Part shown: piece by piece, positions 36,185 to 50,400 of the stretch
How positions within the stretch are numbered: position 1 is the first letter of the stretch
Layout of the letters: the number at the start of each line of letters is the position of its first letter
Assembly (NCBI RefSeq): GCF_037042905.1
Contig: NC_087246.1
Location: forward strand, 9,240,001 to 9,304,000
Reading direction: 5' to 3'
Length of the DNA: 64,000 nucleotides
Source of the DNA: Lytechinus pictus
Lineage: Eukaryota
Position numbers and translations under genes: made by a program
Notes under the pieces: model-generated
What the model saw: only the letters and a program-made list of their open reading frames with translations
Told to the model about the DNA's origin: nothing
The model's database searches: none

Positions 36185-37427
36185 AAATGACAAACATATA
36201 ATAGATGCTCTAAGATCTTATCTTTGAAATGCCATTTAAGAAAATAAATTTTGTTCATGCTTAGGCGAACACAGGACGTTTTTGTCGGGGGTTCAAAAAG
36301 AGGCTTGCGCTCAAATGGCAGAAATTAGAAATTTGATGATTAGACTTTTGGCTAATCAGCAGACTTCCTCTTAATCTTTTCATTGTCTTTGCCATAATTT
36401 TCGAATTATGCTGTCAAATTTCATTTACAAATTTATTTATTTACCTGAATTATTTTGTTTTTCATTTAAACTTCTAAGTTCTTTTACCTTTGAATTTTCC
36501 TTCATAAGTAAGAAAAGAAGACTTTGTCAACCCAAGTAAGAAGATTTGCATTATTAATTGGGAGAATTTGTAATTCAAATCCTTTTATTATGTGAAACAA
36601 ATTATGTTATGGTACCTATAAAAGACATGAATCCTATTTTCAAGGGGTTATTGAATCCTTCACCAAGTTTAATTATGTGCTTGACAGGACAAACAGGAAA
36701 GGGTTCAAGTCTTTCAATGGCAATGTTGTATTGAGTCAATTTTGAAGGAGCAAGATATGGCAGACCGGGAAAAATGTTGTGAAGCGAGCAAGCAAAAATT
36801 TCCACTTTTTTATTAAAATATCAAATTTTGTGATTTTGACATATTCAGGAAATGATATCATATTTCACTTTCTATGTTTTCTGTTATTTTCCTTTCCACT
36901 TTTGTTTTCTTGGTCATGATTTTTTTATGGGGGGGGGGGGAGCGCCCCGAGCCCCAAACCCATCAGTATGCCACTGTTCAAAGGCACCATAAACTTTGTA
37001 GCACACAATGAAAGGATTTGGAAAAAAATCACGCTCTCCCATACTTTGGTTTTAAAAAAATTGTTCTTGCCTAAGCTAAAAGAGAACATATTGAAAAGGA
37101 ACAACAGAACTATTCAAGCAAATAAGTAGATTTGGAAATGAATTTTGACCTCATAATTCGAAAATTATGGCAAAGATAATGAAAAGGTTAAGAGGAAGTC
37201 TGTTGATTAACAAGAAGTCCGACTATCATATTTATCATTTTATGCCATTTTGGCGCAAGCCTCCTTTTTAATCCCAGACAAAAACATTCCGCGTTCGCTA
37301 AAACATGAACAAAACTAAATTATTTTAATGGCATTTGAAGGATAAGACTTCAGAGCACCTATTGACACCAAAATATAGAGATCATGATTTGAAACAAAAA
37401 TTTTATAGACTTTTCAAATCTGTCCCG

Positions 37428-38449
37428 TTTTTGTCTCACCTGCATAGCAGAGTGCGACTATAGGCTATAGGCTTTTCCGACGTTGACGGCGGTGGCAGCG
37501 GCGTCAACACCAAATCTTAACCTAAGGTTAAGTTTTTTAAATGACAGCATAACTTAGAAAGTATATGGACCTAGTTCATGAAACTTGGCCATAAGGTTAA
37601 TCAAGTATTACTGAACATCCTGCCTGAGTTTCAGGTCACATGACCAAGGTCAAAGGTCATTTAGGGTCAATGAACTTAGACCATGTTGGGGGAATCAAAA
37701 TCTTAATGTGAGGTTAAGTTTTTGAAATGTCATCATAACTTAAAAATATATGGACCTAGTTCATGAAACTTGGACATAAGGTTAATCAAGTATTACTGAA
37801 TTAATATCCTGCTTGAGTTTCACGTCACATGACCAAGGTCAAAGGTCATTTCGGGTCAATGAACTTTGGCCAAATTTGGGGTATCTGTTGAATTACCATC
37901 ATAACTTTGAAAGTTTATTGGTCTAGTTCATAAAACTTGAACATAAGAGTAATCAAGTATCACTGAACATCCTGTGCGCATTTCAGGTCACATGACCAAG
38001 GCCAAAGGTCAATGAACTTTGGCCATAATGGGGGTATCTGTTGAATTACCATCATAACTGAAAGTTTATGGATCTGATTCATGAAACTTGGACATTAGAG
38101 TAATCAAGTATCACTGAACATCCTGTGCGAGTTTCAGGTCACATGATCAAGGTCAAAGGTCATGTAAGGTCAATTAACTTTGGCCAAGTTGGGGTTAATT
38201 GTTGAATTACCATCATAACTTTCAAAGTTTATAGATATACTGTAGTGTGGATATAGGGGTAATCAAGTTTCACTGACAAGTTTTAGGTCACATGATCAGG
38301 ATCAAATGTCAATGAACGTAGTATTGTATCATTATATGAATGGTGTTGTTTGTGAATAATTATTTGATAGTAGTTTTCAAAGTCAGCACTGCTGCTATAT
38401 TGAATCGCGTGATGCAGGTGAGACCGCCAGAGGCATTCCACTTGTTTTT
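37428..38449 (+). mobile_element. HINE copy C, inserted in a T-run of the host TIR
   Basis: TTTTTGTCTCACCTGCATAGCAGAGTG...ATGCAGGTGAGACCGCCAGAGGCATTCCACTTGTTTTT. Confidence 0.88.
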
Positions 38450-39970
38450 GATACGCACTGTAGAGTTAAACTGTGGCCTGAATTTAACTGGTCTTCAGAA
38501 TACATGCCATAATGATTTATGAATACCTATTACTGCATTTGTTAAACTGTTTGCTTTCACATTTTCTCAAGGTCATGTAGATTTTGTATTTAAGTTTTGA
38601 CAATAAGAGAAAAATAATGAAAATTACTTGCAGATAATGAATAGATTAAATAATCTTACAGATTTTGTCAAACAGTAATCCTGGTGAAAAACAAATACTG
38701 TATGCTTAGACATGCTGTTATTCCACTAGTCAAAAATAAATCATTTGTCACAATTATTCATTTGCATTTCAGTCTTGATTATCTTTCTGTGTCTGACTGT
38801 CTGTATGTACCTATGCACCCTACCATATGTCAGATTCTTGCCTTTTCTGAAGGAATTTGCAAGAGTTTTTTCATTGCACTATGAAGGCAAATGGGGAATG
38901 TGGGAAAGTTGCTACTAAAGGCACTTACTAACTACTATGACTCCTTTATAACAAGATCTTGCTAAAGACATGGTATTGACTTTTGGCAAGGTGCCCTACA
39001 GTTCTTGGGAGGTGTGGGGAATAATAGATTTAGCTGTAGGTTATATCAGGGGTGTGAGAGTTCAGATTTTTTTTTTGTTTTGATTTTCAGCTTAATTTCA
39101 GCTTCTTTTTGGCCTTCCTCTGTACACAAAGTATGGGAGCTCTTTCTATTTCAGACTTTTTCAACACTCTTCAGCTTTTTTCAGATCTTTTTATTTGTGA
39201 CCACTCACACCCCTGTTATATAGAAATCCATGTGAATAATGGGGTCACTAATATATTTTGTCTGTCCGTGTGTAGCTTCAAGGTGCCTTCAACACACTAG
39301 TTTATTGTTTTTGTTCATTTTTTTTCAATTTCTTAATTTTGCTATGAATTTTTAATTTTTTCTTAATTGTCGGTATTGATTATTGGTTTTTTGTTTTATG
39401 AAGCTATGCATATGGTAATAATGCTAACTTCTACTATACTTCTGTTTCTTTCTTTCCCTTTCTACTTTATGGGGTGTGTTTCTATGCGAGTATTATGTTC
39501 ATAATTAAATCGATTGAAAATATTCTTTAGAAAGTAATTGGTGTAATATAATGATTACACATAGGAAATACTGTGTGTTTGATTTTTCCCCATATCGTAC
39601 AACTCATGCAGTTCATGACATTTACTAACACAGCCACCCATGCATGCTAAAATATGTTGAAATAAAAAATATTACAGGTATAGAGTACTTCACTTTAACA
39701 AACATAAAAGTTACATTTATCAACCATATCATCCTCAAGTACTTGTTTGAAGGTTTTGCTTGCCTATTGCTAGACCTCATCTACACTGATGTGCTCTATT
39801 TTTCATATTGCATGATTTAGAATTGAAGTGGTTTCTAATGGTTGCATGTATTTTCCATATTGCATTGGATTGTTTGCCTCATATACAAATGAATTTACCA
39901 GGGGTAACTCTACCATTATGGTAAATACTTGTATCATTGAAATATTTAGTTTGATCGGTTATTGAACCCT

Positions 39971-39984
39971 GTTGCCATGGTGAT
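39971..39984. promoter_or_regulatory. X-box (RFX)-like motif at the putative promoter of the downstream gene
   Basis: GTTGCCATGGTGAT, followed by a GTAAGT donor at 40011 and a TTTCAG acceptor at 40631 leading into the ATG exon. Confidence 0.45.
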
Positions 39985-41204
39985 TACCATAATGGAAAGT
40001 TACCCTAATTGTAAGTCTTCTATACAATGGGACTTAGATTATTTGCTTGAGTGGAAAGATGAAGGGAGAAATTGATGAGATGTGTGGTGGTGGTAGGTGA
40101 TGTAGGGGCTGGTAAAATAGAAAGAGAGGATGGGGTGCATGATAAGGGGAGAGAGATAATAAGGCTGAATAGGGAAGGCAGGATGGAAGAAGAGAGAGAA
40201 AGGGTGAATGAGAGGGGAGGGAAGACTGGAAGGTCTGATCCACAAGGCCGCTAGAGAAAAACTTTCTCCCATAGACTGTACACATGACTTAGCCCGGGGT
40301 CAGGGCTAGCCTCGACTCCAATCCCTGATGGCCCAAGAAGAGAATATTTCAAAAGAGGCACCCTTTCCTAAATTGTTTTCATATGAATTGTTTGAAGCAG
40401 ATTAATTCGAAACAAGTTTTGCAGCCCCCCCCCCCCCATTTCTTAGACAAATGACACAAATCTAAAGACCATTTTATGAATTGTGATTAAATTCAAATTC
40501 AAGGTTAGCATTAATAAGTGAGCATATCAGACTTTTTTGGGGGGAGGGGGTTACTTAGTTCATTCTGATTCATTATTAATAAGGTTGAATGATTACATGT
40601 TGCATGTTTCTGTTATTTGGTTTGATTTCAGGTGTCCCAAGTCATCCAATGTCTGCCTGCTAGTGTTTGCCATTGTAAAGAACTTTGTGCAAGTTTCATC
40701 TTGACAATATAAACCATTTGTGATACTGGATTTATGATCTAGTTTTAATGCTGACTTTGCTTAGAATTAGAATTCTGAAATAGACCACATACCGGAAAGA
40801 TATATAGTACAGAGGAGAATCTACAAAAGATTCCTTGATTCGCATGGATGATATTAAATGGTCACTTTGCATGTGTGCAAGGTACATAACTGCATGCAAT
40901 ACTATGATGTGCATGGATTGAACAATGAATCAAGGATGCTGAAAAGTGAAAATATTTTGTGTCATTCTATCAGCAACAGAAGTTAGTGATTTTCTTTCCG
41001 TCATATTCATACAAAGTGCTCATTATGAAGAATAACATTGCCAAAGACAATGCATGACTCTGCATGTATCAAGAGTAAGGGAAATTCATGTTTTTTTTAC
41101 ATGAACATACATGACTTGAAACATAGAACTTCAAACTTCTGTGCAGTGTTCACCAAGTACAATCCATTTACCAAGAAACTGATTTTATGGAAACCTGAAT
41201 CACT

Positions 41205-44200
41205 ATGGCATTGAACGCTGATGACCTGATGAGCTCTTACCGGCCGTACAGTCATCACTGGCTAGACACTGCCATCCAGGAAACATTATTACCAGGATCA
41301 CCATGGCATCAGATCTATGATAGGTTAAGCCAGGTCCTCGCCAAGAGGATCCAACCAGAGTTGACTGATAGAGATAAAAGAGCAGCCATCTTTGATATGC
41401 TTGGGTCAGGATTCCTTCAGAAGTACCTCAGCAAATGGATGTGGGACAAACCCACAAAGGTTTGTGCTATTAAGATTTTAGTCTAAATTATATTTTCTGG
41501 ATATGTACAAACACACATTTATTTTTTAATATTAGCAATTAGATTTGAACTAATCTGTACACTATTCAATAGCACATATCTCTTGATAGCATAATCTGAC
41601 AATTGCAGCGACATGTTACGGTTTAGAAATTTAAGGGTGATTTTAACAGCTTAATGACAGTTGAATACTACCCCCTCCATCATGTGTTCAGAAGATGGAG
41701 ACTTAAGTATTACAATTTGTGTTGCATGGCATACCTCACCAATTCATACTTATATAAATGCTATTTTTTGTACTTTGTACACAAAGAAAATTAATACAAT
41801 AGGCCCTGCAGGTACTTCTCTTTGTCAAGTATGTATAAGAATTATAACAAACAATTTTCATTATATCATTTCAAAGAATTTCAAAAAAATTTATGTTTTT
41901 CTCAACAAAGTCACAGATGTGTATTTTGAGTTTTTCTGTTTTAACAGACTGTAGATCACAAGCATTTGAACCTTCAAACCTTGCAATCTACAGTACAGTG
42001 ACATATCTACCACAACACCTCACTCTCCCACTTGATCTTAAGAACCTTTGCCTGATGGACGCATAGATGTCAAGTAGTATTATTACATCCATGGTACATC
42101 CTATTCTTGATAGATCTTGAGAAATTTCGTTAACAAGAACAAAGGTTCATTTTCATATTTTTGTGATGGAACTTTAGGACCGTGAAAGCTGCAGTCCTGA
42201 AGAAAGGAAATTAATCCTGCAGGCAACCCAGCTTCTGCTGAAAGAGAAACTAGACCAAGCAGCTACAGACTGTGGTTACCTGGTATCCAAGAATAAGACG
42301 GGTGACAGTTCCTCTCTCACCCTATCATCACCATCTCCAGCACCAGTGCAGGTACCAGAAGAAGTGATCGATACCATTTCCCACATGGATGCCGTTTTCA
42401 GAGCAGGAATGCACAGGTTATTGGAAATTACATTTTTTTTAAATTGTAATAATCACTTGATAGAGTTCTTAATAGCCTGTAATTCTCATTAAAATATTGA
42501 TCGGTACTGTTTGAAAATATTTTTCTTTTTATAGTTGTTTTTTCTACTCCAGTCACCCAATATTGACAGGTTGTTGTTTTAGGTTACTACTCTAAAAATC
42601 TGTGAGGTCACAAAAATAGTCGCTTTTAGTTTGTCTCTGATAGTAAAGGTCTGAACAAATAAGACTATGTTATCATCATAATCTCTTCCTTGAGTTACAA
42701 GATTGCAAGTATATTCAGTCAGTCCGCAAGCCCTGAAAAAGTAGCTTCTTTTATCCAAGTGATATTCATGACTAGAGGGTTTTTGCATAGTTAATGAGCT
42801 TGGTGCGAACCAAAACACCTCTTTTTATTCGGCCATTGCTGCTCTAAATATTGACCAAATTTCATGTTTTTGGTATCTTTGTAAAGAAGAAGAATCATTC
42901 TTTAAGGTCATGTGTTTGGATTTTTAAAAGAATGTTGTAATATAGGAAAAACTTTTGATCTAAAACATGAAACAAAATATTTTTTTTCATGCAACAAAAG
43001 TTGTTGTTTTCACACTAAATTTCTGTTTGGGCACAAATGATTTTTAAATCATGATAAAGCTGAAGATCTAAGCTTTAATATGATATAATTTTTATAAGAA
43101 GATGTATTTAAGATGGGTCAGCAGCCAGCTTTTCATAGGCCAAGTACATTTTGCAGCTCAAAAACAAGAATACTGCGCTCTGATTGGTCATAGAGTCCAC
43201 ACACCCACGCAAATTCCAATGTTCCCCACACTGGGCCTCTGCAAGGTCACACTCACCATGTGGTAATCTCTTCAAATTACCCGCGCCTGTTTGTTTTGAA
43301 AACAGTATTCAGCCAATCAGAACTCTGGATTTTATGTTACTCAGAAATTTCAGAAATCTCGTCTTGCATCTTGATGGAAAAAGCTGGCTGCTGACCCATC
43401 TAAAAGATGCCACATATCAAGAGTGACATTGTAAGAAAGTATAGAGTTTGAGCTTTCTGATGATATAAATAATGTAGGTGCCTAAAACACAAAATGTTGC
43501 ACAATTTGCAAGTGAAAACAGAGGAAGAAAATTATGTTTGATGCATCTTTTCAGGTAAAAAATTCACTTATTTATCAAAATATTTCATTCAAAAGAAATG
43601 ACCGATATAAAAGAGTAACATTTACTCTTGCCCATGGTACAAAAATAATCAATATTACTCAAGGAAAAAGTGGTTAAATTCTTTGAGAAAGAAAGTCTCA
43701 CAATTCACGAGATTTTGCAGGGACATGAATTCAGCCACGAGAGGACTTGGATAAATCTTGCTCATTTGCTCATTAACACAGGGGCTTGCCGACTGACTGT
43801 ATTGTTTCACCAAAAACTATTAAAGGGGAATCCAACCCAAATAAAAACTTGCTTTTAGAGGAAAAAGGAAAATCAGACAAGTTGATAGGTGAAAGTTTGA
43901 ACAATATCGGACAAACAATAAGAAAATTATGAATTTTTAAAAGTTGTAAATATTAGTAATCACTTTAATACCTATGGAGATTTCAGATTGTCAACAAATG
44001 TGATGTCAAAGTGATGTAAGGCAAGGACTACTCTTCCATGTACTCCAATACATAAAATTACTAAAATTACATTTTTTTCAAATGTTTTACTTCAAATTGT
44101 ATTTTTCTTTCATGAGGAAATACAACAATGTACTACCTAGGCTATATTTAGATTACAGCCCCAGGGGAATGGGTACTTCGGAGAAAACCACAAATCACTG

Positions 44201-47200
44201 ATAATAAAGTACATGGCCTATGGGAAAGTTGTCCTTGCCTCTTGTCATAATTTACTTACCCAGTTGCCAATTTGAAATTTGCATAGTCTTAGAGATCTCA
44301 ATTTTAAAACAGCCATAACTTTCTTATTGCTTGTCCGATTTCTTTCAAACTTTCACCATTCTGTTTTATTTATTTTTCTCCTTTCAAACACAACGTATTA
44401 TGACCAGTGCTGGATTCCCCTTTAATAATATGAATATTTTTAATGCGCCAATATCCATCATGAGTTGATGCTGATGGTCTCGTAAAGAAAATACAAGAAA
44501 ACAAAATAGAAACTTATACTAAGAAAGATGGGATGAGTTATTTTACTGAAAAAACTTGTTTGAATTGCTAGGTATTATTTAGTGAGATTTTGAAGGTGCT
44601 AAACATGAAGTAGTGTGGATGTCCTTATGTGGAAGTTTATTCCATAGGAATGGCCCAGATAGAAATGATCAACACCCAAATTTTCTATGTCTTCTTGTAT
44701 AATTTATATTTTTATGATTTCTAATATAGATACCTTATGCAAGAAGGAATGACTCTTCCTCCTAGCTCCAGCTCCGATCCATCTCACCCAACCATCAAGT
44801 CCCAGCTGACCAATCTTCATGATGTCAAACCTAGTCTCAATCACAGGGAAATCTCTCCTTTATCCACCCCACCATCCAATTTAACCAATAACCATGACAA
44901 AGGCTCCACACCCACCACCACTGTCCCGAATTGTTGGGGTCAGACAAGTGACCTTCTTGGAAAGTCACTTTGTGCTATCCTTCGTCGTGACCCTAGTCGC
45001 CTGGATGAGGTATGCAGGAGGTTGATGGGTAGACAGCTACCAGGCAGTCTGAGGCATAAGATCTGGAATGAGATTATGCTTAGGAATTACAAAGATACAC
45101 ATCAAGGAGAGAAGTAAGTTCACTCTTGCATTTCTTAAGTTAAAAATAAACTTCCCTTCCCCCTTTCACATATTCTCCATTGTAGTTCTCTTTTATTGAT
45201 GTAGACTTGACTTGCTGCATGATATTCCTCTGACAAGTCATGAATCTGAGTTTGCCGCTGTTAACCCAGGTGTGATAAGTACTTGCAGGATTGAAATCTT
45301 TAGATGCTGTGAATACTTGTTTTAGTACCTACACTGTGCTAAAGTAATAGTATTGAGTAATTTGTTTAGTAGATATTTGTACTAGATAGGTAACTAATTA
45401 GTATTATATTTCACCATGTTGATCGATGTTGTCAAGTGATTACTGTTCTTAATTATATTCTTAGGTCTTATTAATTATATATATATAAAATATAATCAAT
45501 TATATATATAAGTGTTCAGTCGGTTTGGGTCGGTGAAATACCAAACTCAGAATTAAATGAAAGCTCTGAATTCAATGAAATTACATGAATTTTCACCCAT
45601 AGGGCATTATCAAATGTTTGATGAATATCAATATGCTTTAGTCATGCCATTATTTGTCGCCTTTCCCGTATTTCTTTGATCCACACAGAAGCTCAGAATG
45701 GTTTTTGAGACAAAACTTTGCTAAAACAGTGATGAGAGGCAAGGCAGAGCTTGGTATTACCATGACAACCAACTCATCAATTAATGGTCTGCTAGAGACA
45801 GCAATACAGGAGGTTTGTCTTCATCAGCTCTTCATATATTTGACTTCATTGTCTATATTTTGCTTGTTTTTCTTTATATTGGAAAGTTTGTGATGCCTTG
45901 TATGCATATACTTGTTTTGGGGTATGGTTATTTGTTTTTATATAAAATGGTTTTGAATGGTGTATTAATTTAGATATTTCAATTAATTTGACTTCAACTC
46001 TATACAGAACGGACTTTTCACATTCAGTTTGAATTATGACTTTGTGTGTATGTTCTATTGTGAAGGATATTGTAATATAAATTTTTCTTACTTTTCAATT
46101 TATACAATTTTGTATACAATTTTTAAAAAGAGGTTTTTAGTACATTGATCTCACTGCTTTCTATTCTGAATTTTACTATTTTCCTACTTTCTTTCATGTT
46201 TTTCCCAGAAATATAGTAACACACCATGTTTGTTGAAGCATAGGGGACAGACAATCCCCAAGCATGCCAGGGAAGCCCTCAACATTTTATATGTGTTTGA
46301 TAGAAGCTACCAACCTTACTTTATCCATTGGCTCTATCCACTTCATCTGGCCCTCATAGAGAAAACTCAAGGAGATACACAAGGTATAAATATTGATAAT
46401 AGTGATTGCTGACATCATGATAATTGTATTAGTGTTGATAACTACTTATTATCACTGTAATGAGTGTGATGTCTAATGGGAATAGATTTCAATGGAGCAC
46501 ACTTAGTTGAAAATGAAAGATTGTGATGAAAAGAGTGATGATGACAAATGGTGATGTTGATGCAGTGAGGGATCCAGGATTGATCTGTAGCTCACAAGCG
46601 GACTTAACTTCTTACAAAGAGATCACCCACCATCATTCACGACTTTCCTGTCAGCAATTTTTGTCTCGCCTGAACGAAGTTCGGTAGAGATCTAATAATC
46701 ACTTTTCCTGTTGGTCTGTTCGAAAATGTTGTTCAACTTGCTCTCATTTCTCTATTTTTGCATCAATTATGTTTATACTTGGTACATATGATCCTTAGGT
46801 AATATCACATGTGTGTTGTTGAGGAAGGTGGGTTCAAAGGTCAACAAGGGGACAAAAGGTCAATCTTTTGTTCGAACTGCTCTCATTTCTTTATTTCTGT
46901 ATCAGTTATGGTTACACTTGGTACAAATGATTCTTTGGCAATACCACATGTGTGTTCATGAGGACGATGGGGTCAAAGGTTGTCTAACGGTTAAAAGGTC
47001 AAATGATATGAGGTCATGTCCATCCCTTTTTCAAGTTTTTGTTCAACTTGCTCTCATTTCTTTATATCGCCATCTTTGGTGTTCATACTAGTACAAATGA
47101 TCTATGGGAAATACCACACGTGTGTTCTTGAGGATGATAAGCTCAAAGGTCATCTAGGGGTCAAAAGATCATATTGCATCTTTTATTGATCACGAAAGCA

Positions 47201-47444
47201 GGCGTAACTCGTGATTTCTTGTTTGTCAAGCAAGAAAAAAATGGAGATCATGAGCACTCCATCATCACCCCCATTTGATGGCAGGAAGGGCAGAGGGTTG
47301 GGCTCTACTCCCCCCCCCCCTTCCCCCAGAGCTGCTACTGTGATTATGATGGTGTCAGTTGTGATAATCATGTCATGGTGATGATAAAGATTAAAATGAC
47401 ATTGATGATATGGTGATATTATTGATCATGATAACAATGATGAC

Positions 47445-47483
<39 letters not shown>

Positions 47484-50400
47484 GACGATGATGATGATGA
47501 TGATGACGATGATGACAAAGACTACGACGATGATGATGATGATCACGATCATGATGACGAAGACGATGATGATGATGATCATGATGATGATGATGTTCTC
47601 TCAATTATGATGCTGAAAGGATTGCAGGTCTACTGGTCTTCTTGGGTCAATGAGTGAGTACTGCTTTCTGCTTCAATTAAGTATCCAGAAAATTATTTTG
47701 GTATTAAAATGGAAACAAACACCTGTAAAGAACATAATGATAATCTGTCTCTCATGAAATTGAGAGTGATCCCAGGTTTCACTGAACTTATTGTCCCTTA
47801 GATGCTGAAGACCTTCCCTATGAACTAGCTCTTCAGCTGCATCTGCTTCGGAGCTACACCTTCCCTCGTTGGTCGGAAATCTTGACTGTGGCACAAGATG
47901 TGATGCAGGTCTTAGAGAAAGAAGATCCAGATTTCTTCAACCATCTTGTAAAGTGCAGCAAAACCAACGTCAAGCTTGACCCTAAGGTAAATCGTCAATC
48001 TCAATTTTATTTCAATTCATTAGTCCAATTTAAAATATCAGTGTATTCATTTTCTTACATAATATGGTTTAAGAAATATTCATGCGTACACACATCCAAT
48101 GCTACTAAATTTCTTAGACCACAAGTCCCCAAGTTACATTTTAAAAATAATATATTTTATTTATCCAGAAAAGCAACGTTAACTCTAAGATGACCTTCTA
48201 GCAAGCCATTAATTTTTTTCTTGATGATTAGAGCACTAAATGCTGCCACCATATGATTGGCCTTCTAGCAGGCCTATGATAGCCAGCACATGGTCAGACT
48301 AGTCATATTTCTAATACCTCTTCAAGAAAATGAGAGAATTCCCATGGTTTTACTGCATAACTCTGTAACGTTGTCAATGATTACTGAACAAACTTACTAT
48401 TTTTCTATAGAGATGAGAACTAGAATAGTATTTTTTTTTCATTCCTGCAGGATTTCTTTGTGCACCAGATACAGCAAGAGCAACACAAAGCATCATCTCT
48501 AACAACTCAAGTCCAGCATGATCCTGCTGCTATGGCAACAGGAAGTAGGGAAGAGAGGGAGATGCTAGCAAGTCCTCTCATGTTTCTCAGGAAATGGCTT
48601 GGAGAGGTGAGAGAGTAACACGTTGCTTTTCATCTGTAAGGTTGATACAGTGTTGAAATGGCTCACATAATTCCTAGGAGACAATTTTTCATGTAAACCT
48701 ATATATCAAATGCAGTGAGAGCTGTCTGCAATGGCCACCGAAGGGAAACGCAAAATGTGGCCTTTATAGACAGGTGACTGCTATGGACAGATCTTATTCA
48801 CATAATCTGTCTCATTGGAAATCAGTTTTAGTGGTCACTATAGGCAGGTGGCAGCTTTTAGAGAGGTCGCTGTGAACACAGCATTGACTGTATTTGTATA
48901 TACTGTACAGAATATTAAAACAAAATCATGTGTCTCTTCTTAAACTACTGTATAATTAAAGATTTAAAGTTGCTCAATTAAGTCCCAAATCTCTGAGTGT
49001 GCCTGATATATCTTGATTTTATATCACATCAGGGTTTTGTTGGTGTATGCGACACTCAGACTACTCTCTTTATCTGGGACCAGTGTTTTATGAGTGGATG
49101 GAATCATCAAGTCCTCTCCAGACTCTGTCTCTCACTCCTTCTGCTGCTCAGAAAAAACTTCATGGATACAGCACAGGACTACCATGTCATGAAACAGGTA
49201 ATAATATGTTAGAGGGAATGGTAGAAGCTTAGAAATATCATCAATAAAACCACAAGTAAAGACATGTTGAGGACTCAGCAAATCACACTGCTGAGTGCTC
49301 CATCACACAAGGTGCTTTGCCTTCTTCTGGCAGTTGAGACAGGGAATGTGAGATAATGACTTAAGCAGTTTTATGCGATGAGTGTATTATACTGTTCATT
49401 ACATAACATCCATTGATCATCGAATCTGATATCTCTCTGTGTGATGGACATCACCTGTTAGTGTAAACGCCCTAATGGTTTTAAATTCCCTATGAATGCC
49501 GGCAATCTGTGATTCATCTCTTATTCCGCTGGCATTATGATTCCCTTGGATTTCTTATTTGCAATAGATATTTGTCAGTGAGCCCTGCAAGCTGTACACC
49601 AAGGACATACAAAAAGCCTTCCAACATCTAGAGCATGAGGGTAATTTGACTAGTGTTCCTACTATGAACAGACGTCCAGTGACCAAACCTGAGAGGTAAG
49701 AAAATGTATATGTCATATGCAGGCTTGTTTTTGTTGCAAATCTTTATATCTGTTGCAATCATCTTTATAGATTTACTGTAGAATTTATAATGGAAGTATT
49801 ATGAGTGATTTATGGGTCCTTACTCTTAGCCTTTAATAAGAGGGTCTTGGGTATGAATCGTAATCCAGGCGATAATATCCTTTAGTAAGATCATCAATCC
49901 ACATTGTGCAGCACTCTACCCAGGTGAGGTGAATGAGTATCTGGCAGGATTTATTCCTTGAATGCTTTATGGCATATATTAGTTTAGCTACAGCCATTGT
50001 AATGATCTAATACCATGTGTGTAGCTATGTATGTAGAACATATAGTATTTGCAGGACTATGAAGACTTTAAATATCTTATCTGGAACCAAATTTATTACG
50101 AAATGACTTTTTGTAAAATACATGTACTTATGAGAAATGGAAACATTTTATCTTGAGAAGAAAATTTGCATAAATGATAAACAAGGTAGATACTTTGCTG
50201 TTGGGTTTTACTAAATTTTATGAATTCTTAAGGCTTCTCTCAAGTAAGGTTATGAAGTTTTAAGGCTTCCATTATACAAGTTTTCATCATAAGGATTTTA
50301 ATTTCTTCATTTTTAAATGAATATGTTGAATTACTCAAATTATTATTTTTTTACTTTCCGTATAATAGTCCTCTAAATCCTAGTGTGCCCTCTGAGTTGG

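Larger units (their letters stand above)
35986..38460. mobile_element. TA-flanked Tc1/mariner-like element with long (~300 bp) imperfect TIRs, both interrupted by insertions
   Basis: TA|CAGTGCGTAT...GGACAG.TTTGAAAAGTCTATAAAA on the left; the reverse complement on the right is split by HINE C and ends ATACGCACTG|TA. Confidence 0.8.

Noticed and set aside
41948..41992. Possible extra in-frame exon (TVDHKHLNLQTLQST)
   Set aside because: Good acceptor but weak donor (GTACAG); exons 1 and 2 already join in phase.
47391..47610. Poly-Met, poly-His and poly-Ile ORFs
   Set aside because: Intronic (GAT)n microsatellite; the flanking exons join in phase without it.
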